NCBI RefSeq assembly: GCF_018350175.1
Contig: NC_058368.1
Span: forward strand, 229,464,001-229,528,000
From: Felis catus
Lineage: Eukaryota
DNA length: 64,000 nt
Reading direction: 5' to 3'
The stretch's first letter is position 1. The number at the start of each line of letters is the position of its first letter. This document shows positions 27,661-41,022 of this stretch, one piece after another. The position numbers and the translations under genes were made by a program. The notes beneath the pieces are model-generated. The model was not told the DNA's origin. It worked only from the letters and a program-made list of their open reading frames with translations, and made no database searches.

Positions 27661-27830
27661 TATACAAATTTAATATTTAATTTGTTTAAAATTTATTTAA
27701 ACTTAAATATTTATTTAAATATTTATTTATTTATATTATTTATTTATTTAATATTTTATTTATTAAAATTAATTTAAACTTAAATATTTCTTTAAAAATT
27801 TATTTAAAATTAAATTTAAAATTTAATTTG
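27661..27830. repeat. extremely AT-rich low-complexity tract
   Basis: ~170 bp of tattta/aaattt units with very few G/C. Confidence 0.9.
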
Positions 27831-29449
27831 TTGGTTTCCGAAATTGCACTCTTCATGTCAGGCATCACCTTGCTTTGTACACGGTAGGTGTTCGTTTGGC
27901 AAAAATTCGTAATTTTGATGCTGTCAAATTACCCTTGTACTGAAGTGTTTGAATGTCTTAATTAAGATATTCTTCCCCATTTGAAGTAATATAGATTGTC
28001 TCCCACATTATCTTCCTTATATTTATCTTGCAGACTTTCACATTTAAATAATTAATATTTAGCGATATGTTTCTACAGGTGATGTGACATAGGGATATAA
28101 TTCTTCCCATGCAGTTGAGCTGAAAAACCTAATAACACCACTTTTTCCGAGAATTGTGATGCACTTACACCAACCAGTATGGTCTGCCACAAGTGTGGGG
28201 TAACTTTTTCTAAACTCCTTAGTAATACTGTCTTTTAATTCTCCTATCAGTAGCATATTATTGTCATTACCATGAATTTGTAATACATATTAATATCTGA
28301 TAAGGCGAGCTTTATCCTTTGAGAGCATTAACATCTTCATATTATATGTCTATAATTAGTCAGATATTTTATGCCCTTGTACTAAGTATTTCTAGTTGGC
28401 TCGCTCAATCTCCTTCATAACATTACCACAACATTTTTGTCTGGGCGTATTGCTGCTCAGATAAAAGTCTATATTTTCCAACTTTCCTAGCAACTAGGAG
28501 AATTTCTGAACACTTTGATGTAAGTAAAATGCTGTGTCCATGTCCTGTTTTCATCCCTTATGACTGAAATGGGACTGTGATATCTAAAACTCCAATAGCC
28601 ACCTTGTTGAGATAGTATGGAAAATCAATATGCTGCAAAATTTGTGAGAAGTAGATTTTTGACAACGGTCCTGGTTTCTTAATTTTTCTATCTCTTCTTA
28701 TGTCAGATTTATTTATTTATTTATTTAATCTCTTTAATATGTGCTATCAAATTTATTTATAGATGAGTAAGTTGTTTCCTATAATTATTTGAATTTGCTC
28801 TGTATTTATAACTCCTTTTATAAAGAAATTTTATTGAATAATTTTTGTATATAATAAACATAAGGAAAGTTTTTAATGAAAATTTCGGGATACTTTTCAA
28901 ATGTTTTGAATTATTTAAAGAAAAATTATTACAAAGATATCTGAGGCAAAAATAATATCTGACCTTCAGAACAAACAATAATTCCTTTCATCAAGTTCTG
29001 CATTTATTGATTTTGCCGTTCTTTTATTTTTTTTTTATTTCAGCATAGTTGGCACACAATTATTCCCTTTTATCTTTTCCAAAATTCTATACTTCTTCCT
29101 TTATTAATTCTTCAGAACATCTAAATGTCTCTTTTATTCATTTCCTTAAGAACCCTTATTTATTTAATTCATAATTTCTATTATGAATAAAAATTCTTCT
29201 ACTATTTTGGAATTAATTTATGCTGTAATAATTATTAAGTCATATGACCATCATTTCTTATATTTAGCTTTTTATTTCACTATCTTTTTAAATAGAAGAC
29301 ATCATTTATTTACTTTCTTTTTTTCATGTTAATAAAAAATAAGACTAACAGTTTCCTCTGAGTACCACTTTTATTGTGTTTTTCAGGCTTAAATATAGAG
29401 CACTTTATTTGCCTTTATACATTTTAAAGATTTATAATGAAATATAAAA

Positions 29450-30000
29450 GATTTTAAGTGATGATAAGTTCTGTGGAGAAAAACAAGCCATAAAAAAAGA
29501 CACACAAAGTAGTTAGGAATCATAACTGCAGTTGGAATTATGAGGAAAGCCAATTAAAATGTGACATTTCCGCAAGAGCCTACAGGGGATAAGGGAGGAA
29601 GACGTGTGCACATTTTGATAATGAACATCACCGACAGAAGAGACAGCTAGTGCAAAGACCCTGAGGTAGGAACATTCCTGGACGGTTTGAGAAACACCAT
29701 GCAGATCATCACTTTGTCAATGTTGACTATGAACAGGAACCTTTTGTCTTTTACTTTGACAGAAATGGGGAACTATTTCTGACATTCACCAACAAATATT
29801 TTAAAAAGGAAAAGCCTGAACTCTAGCTACAGTGTTAAGAATCTACGGGGTCAGCGTCAGGAGTGGCAACATAAAGAGATTGATGAGAATGTCTTGGATT
29901 AGTCTGGCAGTGGTAAAGAGAGTGCGAAGAGGCCTGAATTAAATACATTTTTAAGTATGAGTCAAACGAGATGTAAGAGCAAAACAGAGACACAGTTAAA
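29450..30000 (-). mobile_element. L2 fragment
   Basis: gataagttctgtggagaaaaa; gacagctagtgcaaagaccctgaggtaggaacattcctgg. Confidence 0.75.
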
Positions 30001-30924
30001 GTTTGGTAGAATCAATAGCCCTGGTGAAAAATTTTGTGAATGTGCTGAAAAGAAAGACTAAAGATTGGAACAACTGTTTCAAATTGAGAGAATGAAAGGT
30101 TTGCTGTTATAGATAGTGACAAAAAGTGGGCTATGTCCTGAGAATGAGTTGCTGAGTGTAGAGGGTAAGATCATTCAAGAAACTAGGAGTACAGTGGTTC
30201 AGGAGGTTCATCTACCCATAAACTGAAATTACCAAGAAATTAAGTCTAAAGTTTTGCAGGAGAGAGGAAGTGAATTGGGTTATTAAATGCTCATCAAATA
30301 AAGAAGATCTAACTGAGCATTAGGAGGTAAATGTAACTGGTGGGTAATTTGATGATACACCCGATAACATAAGACTCAAAACTGGGAATGGAGTTGAGGA
30401 GGAAGGCACTGAGAGAGATTAGGCAATGGCCAGGATATCTACTCCACCTCCAGGCCAAATATCCAAAAGTATAGGAGGTAAAACAGCCCTTACTGGAGAG
30501 GACTGCAGAGCAAATGGCCGTGGCAAGGAGCCCATTAAGTTCAAACAAAAAGTCAAAGGGACGCAGTGGAGGAAAGAGACTGTATGTTAGTGATGAATAG
30601 TGGACAGAGGACACTTGGAAAGGACTCGGGAGCCAGGAAAATACAAAATAAGGAAAATGAAGCAGAGAAGTGTTGAGGCATAGGGAAGTTGGAAAGCAGG
30701 AGACGAGGGCCGACCTAGAGTCCCAGGGGCTTATGACAGCGACACCCACGTGACTAATCCTCATGGTCTCACTACGGCAGTAGAGGAAATGGTAATACTG
30801 TGATTGTTGAAGGAGAGAATGCACAGTCAGGACTTTTCAGGAGCATCCAGAGTCCTAAAGCTTCCTTTTCCTTCCTGATAATAACATAAAGCTGGAAAAA
30901 CAGTTTATTTAGAGCACATAAACC

Positions 30925-31122
30925 TAGGGTTCCCTCCCAAGGTGTGGTCGCTGCCCCAACAGCACCTGTAGCAACACCAGGAAATAAGTTAGAAATGTAA
31001 ATTCTTAAGTTACAAACCAAACCTACTAAACAGAAAGTTCTGGTATGCAACCTAGTCATCTGTGTTTTAATAAGTACTACAGGTGATTGTGATGTACATC
31101 AAGAGTTGTTTAAGAACAACTG
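30925..31122. mobile_element. MER5A-like hAT MITE
   Basis: caaggtgtggtc...gttagaaatgtaaattct...acctactaaacagaaa...tctgtgttttaataag..caggtgattgtgatgtac..tttaagaacaactg. Confidence 0.8.
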
Positions 31123-32236
31123 TCTTTGACCACAAGTTCTGGGGATTTATCCTACTTGATTTATCCCCATGATGATTTGAAGACCAGTGTTCATGGAAGA
31201 AAAATCCCATTCGAGGAGCTATGCTCTAACCAATACACTGCACTTCATCATAATAGCTTCATTTGTTATACAGTATTATAAATAATTTACCATATTATAA
31301 AGAGTGGACCAAGATTTAGGAATAATTAATAGATATAATCAAAACTCATCCAGAAGATTAAAAGTTAAAACTATGGAGACTATTAATTCTGTTGAACTTA
31401 ATTTCCTAAATAAAATGAAACTATATTTGTTGAAGAAATTATAGGTATATACCCCCAAAATAAAATTAGTATTCTTTCAGATAAATGGAGCCTTAAAATT
31501 GAAAATTAAATTATACCTCTAGAATAACAAAAACATCAATATATAACACCTTTATAAAGAAGAGCCAAAAAGAACTGAAGGTTATTGAAGTTGAATAGGA
31601 TTTTTTTCATAAAATTAAATGAAATTTAATAAAAACATTTGTTAATAATCCAATTTTTTTCTTTGAATGGTTGCATTCAATTTAGATGGCATATACACTT
31701 TACGCTTTACATGTGATATAATAAAATGGCTAAATACAGATGTTTAACCCATCTGTTATAACAGAAAAAAAGTCCTTTCAAAACTGTGATTGAAAAGATA
31801 ATTAATAAATGGATAAAATGGAAATGGAGTCATTACTATTAATTTATGTTTGACTCCACATGAAAAATTGGCAGATTTCAGATCTCATTAGTATTATTGA
31901 GACTGTTAAAAACAGAAAAAAAAACCCAGTTTTTCATAAACTATTAGCAGACGGGCTCACTCAATGAAGAAGCAGGCTAGATTAATCAATTCATTTATTC
32001 AGCAAATTCATTCAACAACCCAGTCTGCTGTATTATTGCTGGTTTATGCAAATCTGGTGTTGCTGCATTTCAGACATTCATAATCCTGGTAGTAATGTGG
32101 TGCTGTGACATATTCCTTTCCACTCATCCATCCACAAGAAAAGTTCCACCTTCCTTAGTGTCACATCTTGATAATTAGGATTTATGTGCTTGGGCATTCA
32201 ACATTTTCAGTCATTATGATCTGCCTATTTTGCACT

Positions 32237-33059
32237 ATGATATTGTGATTGATGATAAGAAATATATATTTGATCTTCTTCCCCATTTCCGGCAGAGCTC
32301 CTAAAACCCTTGGAATTTCCTAAGTAATGAGAGCCATAAAGGCGTCTTTTTCTATGTTAATGAGCTGAATTTGGAAAGTCCTTTGGTAAACTAAAGAGCT
32401 GGTTGTCAGGAAAACCAGCCAAGTGATTGGAGGGTTGGAACCTTCAGTCCCACCCTCTGATATCCAGGAAAGGGTGAGGGGCTGGAGGCTAAATCAGTTG
32501 AAAATGACCAATGATGTAATCAGCTATGTCTGTGTAATGAAGCCTCCATAAAAGCCCAAAAGGATAAGGTTCGAGAGCAACCAGATCAGTGAACATGTGG
32601 AGACTGGGGAGAGTGACATGTGCCGAGAGGGCATGGAAGCTGTGTACCCTTTCCCCATACTTCTCCCCATTCATCAATTCCATCTGGATGTTCCTGAGTG
32701 ATATCCTTTCATAATAAACTAGTAATCTAGTAAATAAAATGTTTCTCTAAGTTCTGTGAGCTGTTCTACAAATTGATCCAATATGGGGACGGGGTCTTAA
32801 GAAGCTCTGATTTAGCCAATCGGAAGCACAGATGATGACCCAGGTTTGCAATTGGTGTTTGAATGGGGGGAGAGGGAGGCAGTCTTGTAGGACTGAACCC
32901 TTAACTTGTAGATTCTAATGTTATCTCCACAGAGAGTATGAGAATTCAGTTGAATTATTAGGCGCCTTGATGGTTTGTCACAGAGCATTGCTTATTGAAG
33001 GTGTGTGACCACCCCCACCCCCCCACCCCACCAAACCTGCGTGCGCACGCACATGCGCA

Positions 33060-33100
<41 letters not shown>

Positions 33101-33118
33101 AAATTCTGTCCAGGAACT
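32237..33118 (+). mobile_element. MER21-like ERVL solo LTR
   Basis: ataagaaatatatatttg, gagctcctaaaacccttggaatttcct, gtgattggagggttggaaccttcagtcccacc, gtaatgaagcctccataaaa, gagagggcatggaagct. Confidence 0.85.
33038..33098. repeat. alternating purine-pyrimidine / (CA)n microsatellite
   Basis: tgcgtgcgcacgcacatgcgcacgcg(ca)n. Confidence 0.95.
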
Positions 33119-35399
33119 CAATTACGCACACACTTCTGAAAAAAGGCTTATCTTAAGTCTTCATTGGTAATTAACATCTAGTAGTTTAGCAGAGGTTCAA
33201 CAAAAGTCTGTAAGGTGAAGCATTTCTAGGAAACTGTAGCAGGCATTGTACCTTTGCAAGACTCAAAGGAAGGGGAAATTCATATGTGAAGATAATTGCG
33301 TCTTTGTCCTACACTTGGATAAAGGCCACCCTGATGGAATATATGGCAGATAACTTAACCCAAAGAAATGTGCCCTTTAAAATTTAAAGACCAACAGCAG
33401 TACACTTGTCATACGCACTGTAGCGAAGACTGTATCTAAAACTAAGCCCACGTTTTATCTACAAATAAGCATAACATTGGCTGATGGATTTTAGGGGGAG
33501 AATTAAAATCTCTTTATTACTGTAAAAATCATAAGAACATATTACATGAAAATATAGTTTTACAGTTTGATCAATTAATAGCAACAATTTCAGTGGCTAG
33601 ACATATAATAAAAGAGATTCCATTTAGGCAAGACAACATTATAAATACTTTTTGGAACTAATATATTCTCAGAAGGCTAAAGCTAAGAAATTTGTAGCAA
33701 AAAGTGTAACAAGAATTCAAATCATACTATAAAATTAGGCCAAAATAAATAGAAGCCTTTCTAATAAGACTAAAAATGTATGTGGGGCTAGAAGACCTGA
33801 AATTTTCAGAAACACACAAAAAATGTGATTAAACCCATGATAGACAATAAGTGCTTGGGCTGATGAATTTGTTGATTATGTCAAACTAACTGAAGGTTTT
33901 CATTTGTGCTTGCTCAAATTGGAGCTACTAATCAAAACACTTAACTTCTAGATGCCTGACATACGAGTCTGGCTACATGCGTAACTCAGTGATAGATCAT
34001 TATTATCCCTTAGACAATAAATCCTGAATTATTGGGGTTCACTCACGCAACTGATTTAAGCTTATTGATCCACAAGTTGGTAATTTTTTTAAAAAAGTAA
34101 TATTAATAAAAATAAAGTTTTCTTATGGGCATCGAGGAAAATAATGAGTTTAAAATGTTTTCATTTTATATAAAACATTAAACATATAAACATACTTATA
34201 GTGATTATCAATAAGGTGTAAAGAATAATGATTATAAATAAGGCGTTAAGAATATACTCCACTCACAAGTCGAACAGCCCAAATCCAAATCTCTCCTCTC
34301 AAACTCCAAAACACATCCAGAGCAAAACAAACCCAAACAAACCATACCTAAACAAAACAAAAAACAAACAAAACCGTGTTCCCACCCAACAACACAAGTC
34401 AAAACAAACAAACCATAATCAAAGCCAATAGAATAATTGGGAAAAACAATAAAAGAATATTCCAAACTTGAAGTAACATGTAAATAGGAACTAAACACCC
34501 CAAATTCAGCAAAGTCAGCTTCCAAGTCCATTCAGAAGCAAATAAGTCACGGGGGTCCTTTGTGGAAAACACGACAAGGAAGAGGGACCTACAGGGATAA
34601 AACACAGACGAAGTCACCTCAAGAAATAGAAAATCCCCATGTTTTATTTTTTTCCTTATCTTTGGAAAATCCCTATGGTAAATGTAGACAATCTGAAAAC
34701 AGTTCTGAGAACTGGTGGCCCACAGTCAGTACTGTCAGTGGATTAACAGCAGCACTTCAAAACCCTCTGAGCTTTGCTTTGATGGCATTTTTCATTCTTA
34801 TGGCTCCTGTCTCTCTTCCACTCCATGTAAAAGCCAGCACTGGGACTGTGTTCAGAGGCCTTCCCTCAGGCTTGTGGAGTCCTCTCCAACTGCAGACAGA
34901 AAGCCACAGGTGGCCCTTAAGCACAGACTGCGGAGCGTGCAGTGGAGAGAGCCCAGCCCCACTGCTGGGGACCGAGACGAGTCTGAGGATCTATGCAACC
35001 CTGCCAGATATCGCAAGCTCACTTGGTTCCCTCTCTTTCTCATTTTGCTTTCTAAACTCCTTGCTAGTTTCTTTTGGAAGCATCCCCTCCCCCGCCCCCA
35101 ACCCCGGGAATCCAAGCCAAAAAAACCCCCAAAAAACAAAAAAACTACCCTCTAGGAAAATGAAAGAAGGAGACCTGAAGTATGAATTCACAGGAAAAAG
35201 TAGTGCCTCTGAGGGTAGATGGGAGCAATCTGAAATGAGAGGTACTCTTTGGAGGCTTGATGCTGAAGGCGAGGAAAGACAGAGGTGGGAGAAGTCAGAG
35301 CCTTATAGAAACAATAAAGAATGGTGACCCAGAGACATACTAACAGGTCGCCCTCCCCAATTAACACAATCAATTTAACCAAACTATACTTGACTCTAT

Positions 35400-35749
35400 C
35401 AGCGCTACTGACAAATTCAGGTGTCAGCCCCTTCAGGATTACCCAAGCTACAGAAGGCTACCCCATCAAAGGTAATGTTTCTCAAGGTGGGTCACATCCA
35501 AGGCTTTTTGGAGGAAAAGTATGAAGGCCTGGCCATCTGCCCTAACTGGGACAATTTTGGAAGGCTATGTAGGTCCAGATCTCTCCACGGGAACAGCCAA
35601 AGATGTACTACAGCTTTATTTCTCCCTCTACCACCCACTCGCTACTGCTTTCTTCCACTAGTGGCCACAGGTGTTGATCTTAAGGGCATCCCTTAATAAA
35701 GATCAAATTGTAATTCAGAGTCTGTTGCTAAGGCACTTAACCTGTGACA
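35400..35749 (+). mobile_element. LTR16-like ERVL LTR
   Basis: acaggtgttgatcttaagggcatcccttaataaa...cagagtctgttgct...aacctgtgaca 3' end. Confidence 0.7.
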
Positions 35750-35759
35750 TTAAACCAAC

Positions 35760-37900
35760 ACAAATTCTCAGCATCCCGCATACATCACTGTAATTTGTGA
35801 TAGAGGAGGAAAAAATCATTAAAATACTAAAACAAAATCTTAATATATATTTTACGAAGAAAACAGAATATGATAGGCTTTAACTAATGAAAAGTGTCCC
35901 CTAGAAAACATGCATGAAGCAGAAGAATATTATGACCAAAAAAAAATCCTTAAACGGTTATTTGCACATGATGAAATCCCTGTGTCAGAACAGCAGAAAC
36001 AGGAAAAAAGGAAGGAAAAGAAACATGCAAATTAAGAGTTGTGCATAATGAAGAAATTTGAAATAACCCAAAAATAATCTTAGAAATAAAAATTACAAGT
36101 GTCAGTGAAGAAAGCCATGCCAGTAGTCTAGATAAAGAGAATGAAATCAGGGGATAAAAGGATAAGAAAATAAAATAAAGTAAGAAGTAAAAAGAATCAC
36201 TGTTTGATCTGAAGACAAAAGCAGAGATTATATTGTATGCATAGAATTCATAAAGAAAAAAATTGAGGCAGAACATATATTTAAAATTTCTAAGAAAATT
36301 TTCTAGAAATAAATGAAGGCTTGAATCTCATATAGGAAGAGCCCATGGTGTATCTGGGGAAATTAAGCTAAAATGGTCATTTCAGTGATAGATCTTGTTT
36401 TAGTAAAATGATCAGACTTTAACAAATAAACAAGCAAACAAAAAAGTCCCAACAACTCCAAGAAACTAACAGTTAGGCATTTACAAAAGAAAATAAAATA
36501 AAGTAAGAAGTAAAAAGAATCACTGTTTGATCTGAAGACAAAAGCAGAGATTATATTGTATGCATAGAATTCATAAAGAAAAAAATTGAGGCAGAACATA
36601 TATTTAAAATTTCTAAGAACATTTTCTAGAAATAAATGAAGGCTTGAATCTCATATAGGAAGAGCCCATGGTGTATCTGGGGAAATTAAGCTAAAATGGT
36701 CATTTCAGTGATAGATCTTGTTTTAGTAAAATGATCAGACTTTAACAAATAAACAAGCAAACAAAAAAGTCCCAACAACTCCAAGAAACTAACAGTTAGG
36801 CATTTACAAAAGAAAAAAAAAGTAGTTAGAGAAGAAGGAGGAGGAAGAGAAAGAATGCCAACTCGGCAACAGAAGTTTTGAGAGGAATATGGAATGCAGG
36901 ACTGAAATCCAGCAGATTGACAGCAAACTGGAAAATGAAAGTGTGAACCGAGGACTTAATATTCAACAAAGCTGTCCAAGTATCAACACCTTAGAAAAAC
37001 AGCTTTAAATATGCAATAACTCGGGGATCACTGCACTCTTGAATCTCTCTTTTTTAAATTGCCTAGAAAACAAGCTTTGCCACCCAGGTTGGTGGGGGAT
37101 ACTTCAGCAAAAGGACTGATAGGAAAGCAATGCATTGATCGAATGGTAGACGTAGGACTAAAACCAGGTGGGGACAGAGTGGAAGAATAAGAATTAAATA
37201 CTCTGTGCTCCAACTGCAAAATAACTAAAAATGAGGATAAAGTCCAGGGGAAATAGGAAGTAGGGTAGTCTCATTGATCGGACCATAGCTAAAGGTTGGA
37301 GTAGAAAAATGTCAGGTAAAACTGAAAAATCAAAGAGTAGGAAACTAATTAAGAAAGACTGGAATTTGCATTATGTCAGGTCTTAGGATAAAAGTAGCAC
37401 TAGAATAACAAACATGAAACCTTTCTGAATTCAAAAAAAAAAGATAAAAGATAAAAATAGAAGAGTAAGGGAAAGTAGACAGAGCATGTGCATATATAAG
37501 ATATAAAATAATATGACTGGTTTTAGACTAAAGACATCAGGTATGTTGTCAATGCAAGTTGGCTTTACTCACCTGATAAAAGGAAGTAACCATGTTGGTA
37601 CGAGCAGTGAATAGATAGACTATTCTAGAACATTCCATACAAATATGTATGTGAACAGCTGGCCTCTCGTATCAATAAAAGAAGGTGGATTTTTCAATAA
37701 ATGGCATGGACAACTGGATAGCCAACAGAGAACAGGTAAATGTGAATCCATATTTTATGCCATAATGAAGCAACCCAAAATAGATTAATAATCTAATTAT
37801 AAAATGAAGTACAGTCCTTTTCAGCATAACTTTTACTATGGATTTAATTTTGAACAATATTGTTTTACATATTCATAAAACAAAATTAAATTAAAGCAAA
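35760..37900 (+). mobile_element. decayed L1 ORF1-region/internal fragments
   Basis: A-rich; gaaaattttctagaaataaatgaaggcttgaatctcatataggaagagccca resembles L1 ORF1 coding sequence; ttttcaataaatggcatggacaactggata. Confidence 0.6.
36164..36816 (+). repeat. 323-bp direct tandem duplication
   Basis: 36164-36486 repeated at 36487-36809 with one mismatch seen; two minus-strand ORFs with identical N-termini offset by 323. Confidence 0.97.
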
Positions 37901-37982
37901 GGGAGATATGATAAAATAGAACCACTAACAGAAAAACTTAATTGTATATAAAATTGAAAAGCAAATAAAGAAAAAAATTAAA

Positions 37983-38195
37983 TTTTTTTGAAATATTTAC
38001 TTATTTTGAGACAGAGAGTGGGGGGCACATGAGCAGGGGAGGGGAAGAGAAAGAGAGGGAGAGAGAGAATCCTGAGCAGGCTCCCCACTGTCAGCACAGA
38101 CCGAGATGTGAGGCTCAATCTCAGGAACCAAGAGATCGTGACATGAGCTGAAATCAGGAGTCATATGCTCAACGGACTGAGCCATCCAGGCACCC
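37983..38195 (-). mobile_element. CanSINE
   Basis: TSD aagaaaaaaattaa. Confidence 0.95.
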
Positions 38196-38314
38196 TAAGA
38201 AAAAAATTAACTTTTTAACACAATGATCTGTTTACACAACATCAGTTGGATGTATTCTAAATGAAACAGGAACTCTAAAGGAGTCTTGAACTAGATTTAG
38301 AATGTGCTATTGTT

Positions 38315-38496
38315 GGGGCACCTGGACGGCTCAGTCAGTTAACTAAGCCTCTCCACCTCGGCTCAGGTCACGATCTCACAGTTGATGAGTTCGAGCCCCA
38401 CCCAGGCTCTGTACTGGAGCCTGCTTCTATTCTGTCACCCTCTCAATCTGCCCCTCCCCTGCTTGCACTCTCTCTTTTAAAAAAGATTTTAAAAAT
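38315..38496 (+). mobile_element. CanSINE
   Basis: ggggcacctggacggctcagtc head, tgagttcgagcccc B box. Confidence 0.92.
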
Positions 38497-38499
38497 ATG

Positions 38500-39850
38500 T
38501 CATTGCTAGTAATATCGGTTTCATAATTCCCAAACCTACTTTTTTATATATTGAATGTATTCATATAGGAAAAAATGGTAAGTACACTAATATTTGTGGT
38601 AACCATGTGACTATTGTGGGAGAAATATGATATAAGTGTGGGTGGAGGAGAGAAATAGCCCTTCATTGTTGAATTGTCTGTGACAGTGTCAGTACAAAGT
38701 TTTTCAAGTACTCTTAGAATTATTTTTCTAGCTCACGTCTATTGAAATGTCCTAGAGGCAATGACATCCCAGGAGAAATTAGTGTACCTAGTGCCTAGAT
38801 ACCAGGCTATAATACAGTTTCCTCATGAAAGCAATAAACGTTCTTTAGAGAAATCACCTGTTCCAGATATAGGGAAGAAAACATGAATGGTGTGCCTAAA
38901 ATATCTCATTATGCTGTAAAATTAGGATTTTCATATTTCTTTACCTTTAATCTAGGAAACTTTTTTTCTAGATACAGGCATTTCAAAAGGGCATAAGAAC
39001 AAGCTTTATAGGGTTCCCACTGACAATTATGGGAAATTTTGAGGATCTAAAAGAATAATGACAGCAATAGGTTATAATACTTTTTAAAAAGTACATAATT
39101 ACAATCAAATTAAAAAGAGAAAAGAAAATAGGCTTGTTTTCAGAAGGATACCAAATTATAAATGCAAAATATCCAAGCAATAATTGGTTGAAGCAAGGAT
39201 CAGGAACAGATACTAAACCATTGAGTAAACTGTGGTTGGGAAGTAGAATGAGGAGTCAGAGTATCACCCTGTAGATTACTTATTACAAACAGAAAATGAT
39301 ACTTTAAGAGTAAAGAAAGTCTGCTGATCCAACTTAACGTCACCAATGATGATACAAACTCTCATTGTGTGAATCTGATCATGGGGAAACAGACAAACCC
39401 AGTTGCCCAACTACTGACCTCAGTTCTGTAATTTATCAATTCTATGAAAGAAAGAAAAATTCCTAGATTAAAGGTAGTTAAAGAAATATGAAAACTATAT
39501 ACAATGTATGATCTTTAACTGGATTCTGTATCAAATATGTTATAAATCTTTCATTAGGAAAGCGAGCAAATATGAATATGTTACCAGCACTAAATCCTTT
39601 GAATGTGATCATTGTACTGTGATTAAATCAGAGAATTTCTTTGCTCTTAAAAAATTCGTGCTAAAGTATTTAGGGGTAAAATGTCATTATGTCTCCAACT
39701 TCCAAATGATTCATGAGACAAAATATTATTTATCTAGAAAGATTTTTAAAACATGGCATAATGTAAATAATTATGATAACAGAAGTGCTCATGGATGTTC
39801 ATTAACTATTCAGTCAACTGCTTATGTTTGAAATTTTCAACATAAGTTGT
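38500..39850 (+). mobile_element. old L1 (L1MD/ME-like) 3' region
   Basis: ggcaatgacatcccagga, caatgtatgatctttaactggattctg, gctaaagtatttaggggtaaaatgtcat, cttatgtttgaaattttc. Confidence 0.7.
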
Positions 39851-41022
39851 AGGGGAAAAAGGCATACTTGAATTTTTACCAGGGCTAAAAAGATATCTCA
39901 GGACAATGTTTCCAGGCTGCTAAAAATATTAAAACCAACTGGCAACTAGAATAAAATGTATATATAACCAAAATTTTAAAAATAATAGCTGTAAAATTCT
40001 TGATTGGTTATGCAGAAAAAAATAAGAGAAGTAATTTTAAAACGACAACCTTTAAATGTAGGGAATTTCATTTTGAGTTTGCTCTTAAGAAATCATAATG
40101 TAAAAGAAGACAAGCATAGATGCAGATATCACTATGTATTTTAGAATTAACTGAAAACACTGAAAAAAAACATTTTTTTTTTTGTCAAAAAAATATGTCG
40201 GGCAAAGAAAAACCTCGTTCGATACCAAAAGCAAAGCCCTTCAGATCTGGCTTTCCTGAAATGATGGGATGTGGCAGTGGCACTCCTGGGGACGCTGCTT
40301 TCTTCCCTTGCCTGCATCATCACCATGACAACCCGATTACGTGGCCTCCTCAGCTAATTGATACTCCATTGGGCTTTAACGTTTTCTTGCATGTTCTCCT
40401 CCCAGAACATCACAGACTACTTTTGTTCTCAAATCAACACAGCACTAGAAGGCCTAGACTCTGCTCGAACTCAGGCTAAGCGTCCACTACACTAACAACC
40501 TGGCTACATATCCCGTCTCAATGGCTTACCCGTTGAATGGCAGGTCTATCTTTTATCAGTGTTTGAGTAAAGAATACATTGGATACTGGCAGAAAAAGTG
40601 CTCACAATACCTATAAAATACATTTACCTAATTTTATGGTGCATACACACCCTCCCTGCTTCAATCTTCATTAGAAAACATTACAAAATTCACTATAGGA
40701 ACCGTATTCCCTCTTCGCTGTTGATCATGTTTTCATACAATGTTTACAAGAACATTTTGTAAATTGCTTCTAATGTTTTAATACCACTTTTTAATGTGGG
40801 CTACCCAAAAATATATATTTATTAGTTTTCATTTGTTGAAATATTAGTAACTACTTAAATGTTTTGTTCCTGCCACCTCCTGTAAATTATTTTTCATCCT
40901 ACATCACCTTACTAGGATTTATTAAAATTCCTACTAGGCTATAAAGCTCAGGAGGTCAGCGGCCTTCTCTTTCTTTATCGCCATTGAAAGCCTAGTGAGT
41001 AACATAATTCAGGGTTGCCAGT

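Noticed and set aside
30309..30824. 171-aa minus-strand ORF
   Set aside because: Antisense of purine-rich DNA next to an L2 remnant; biased Ser/Leu/Phe composition and no domain.
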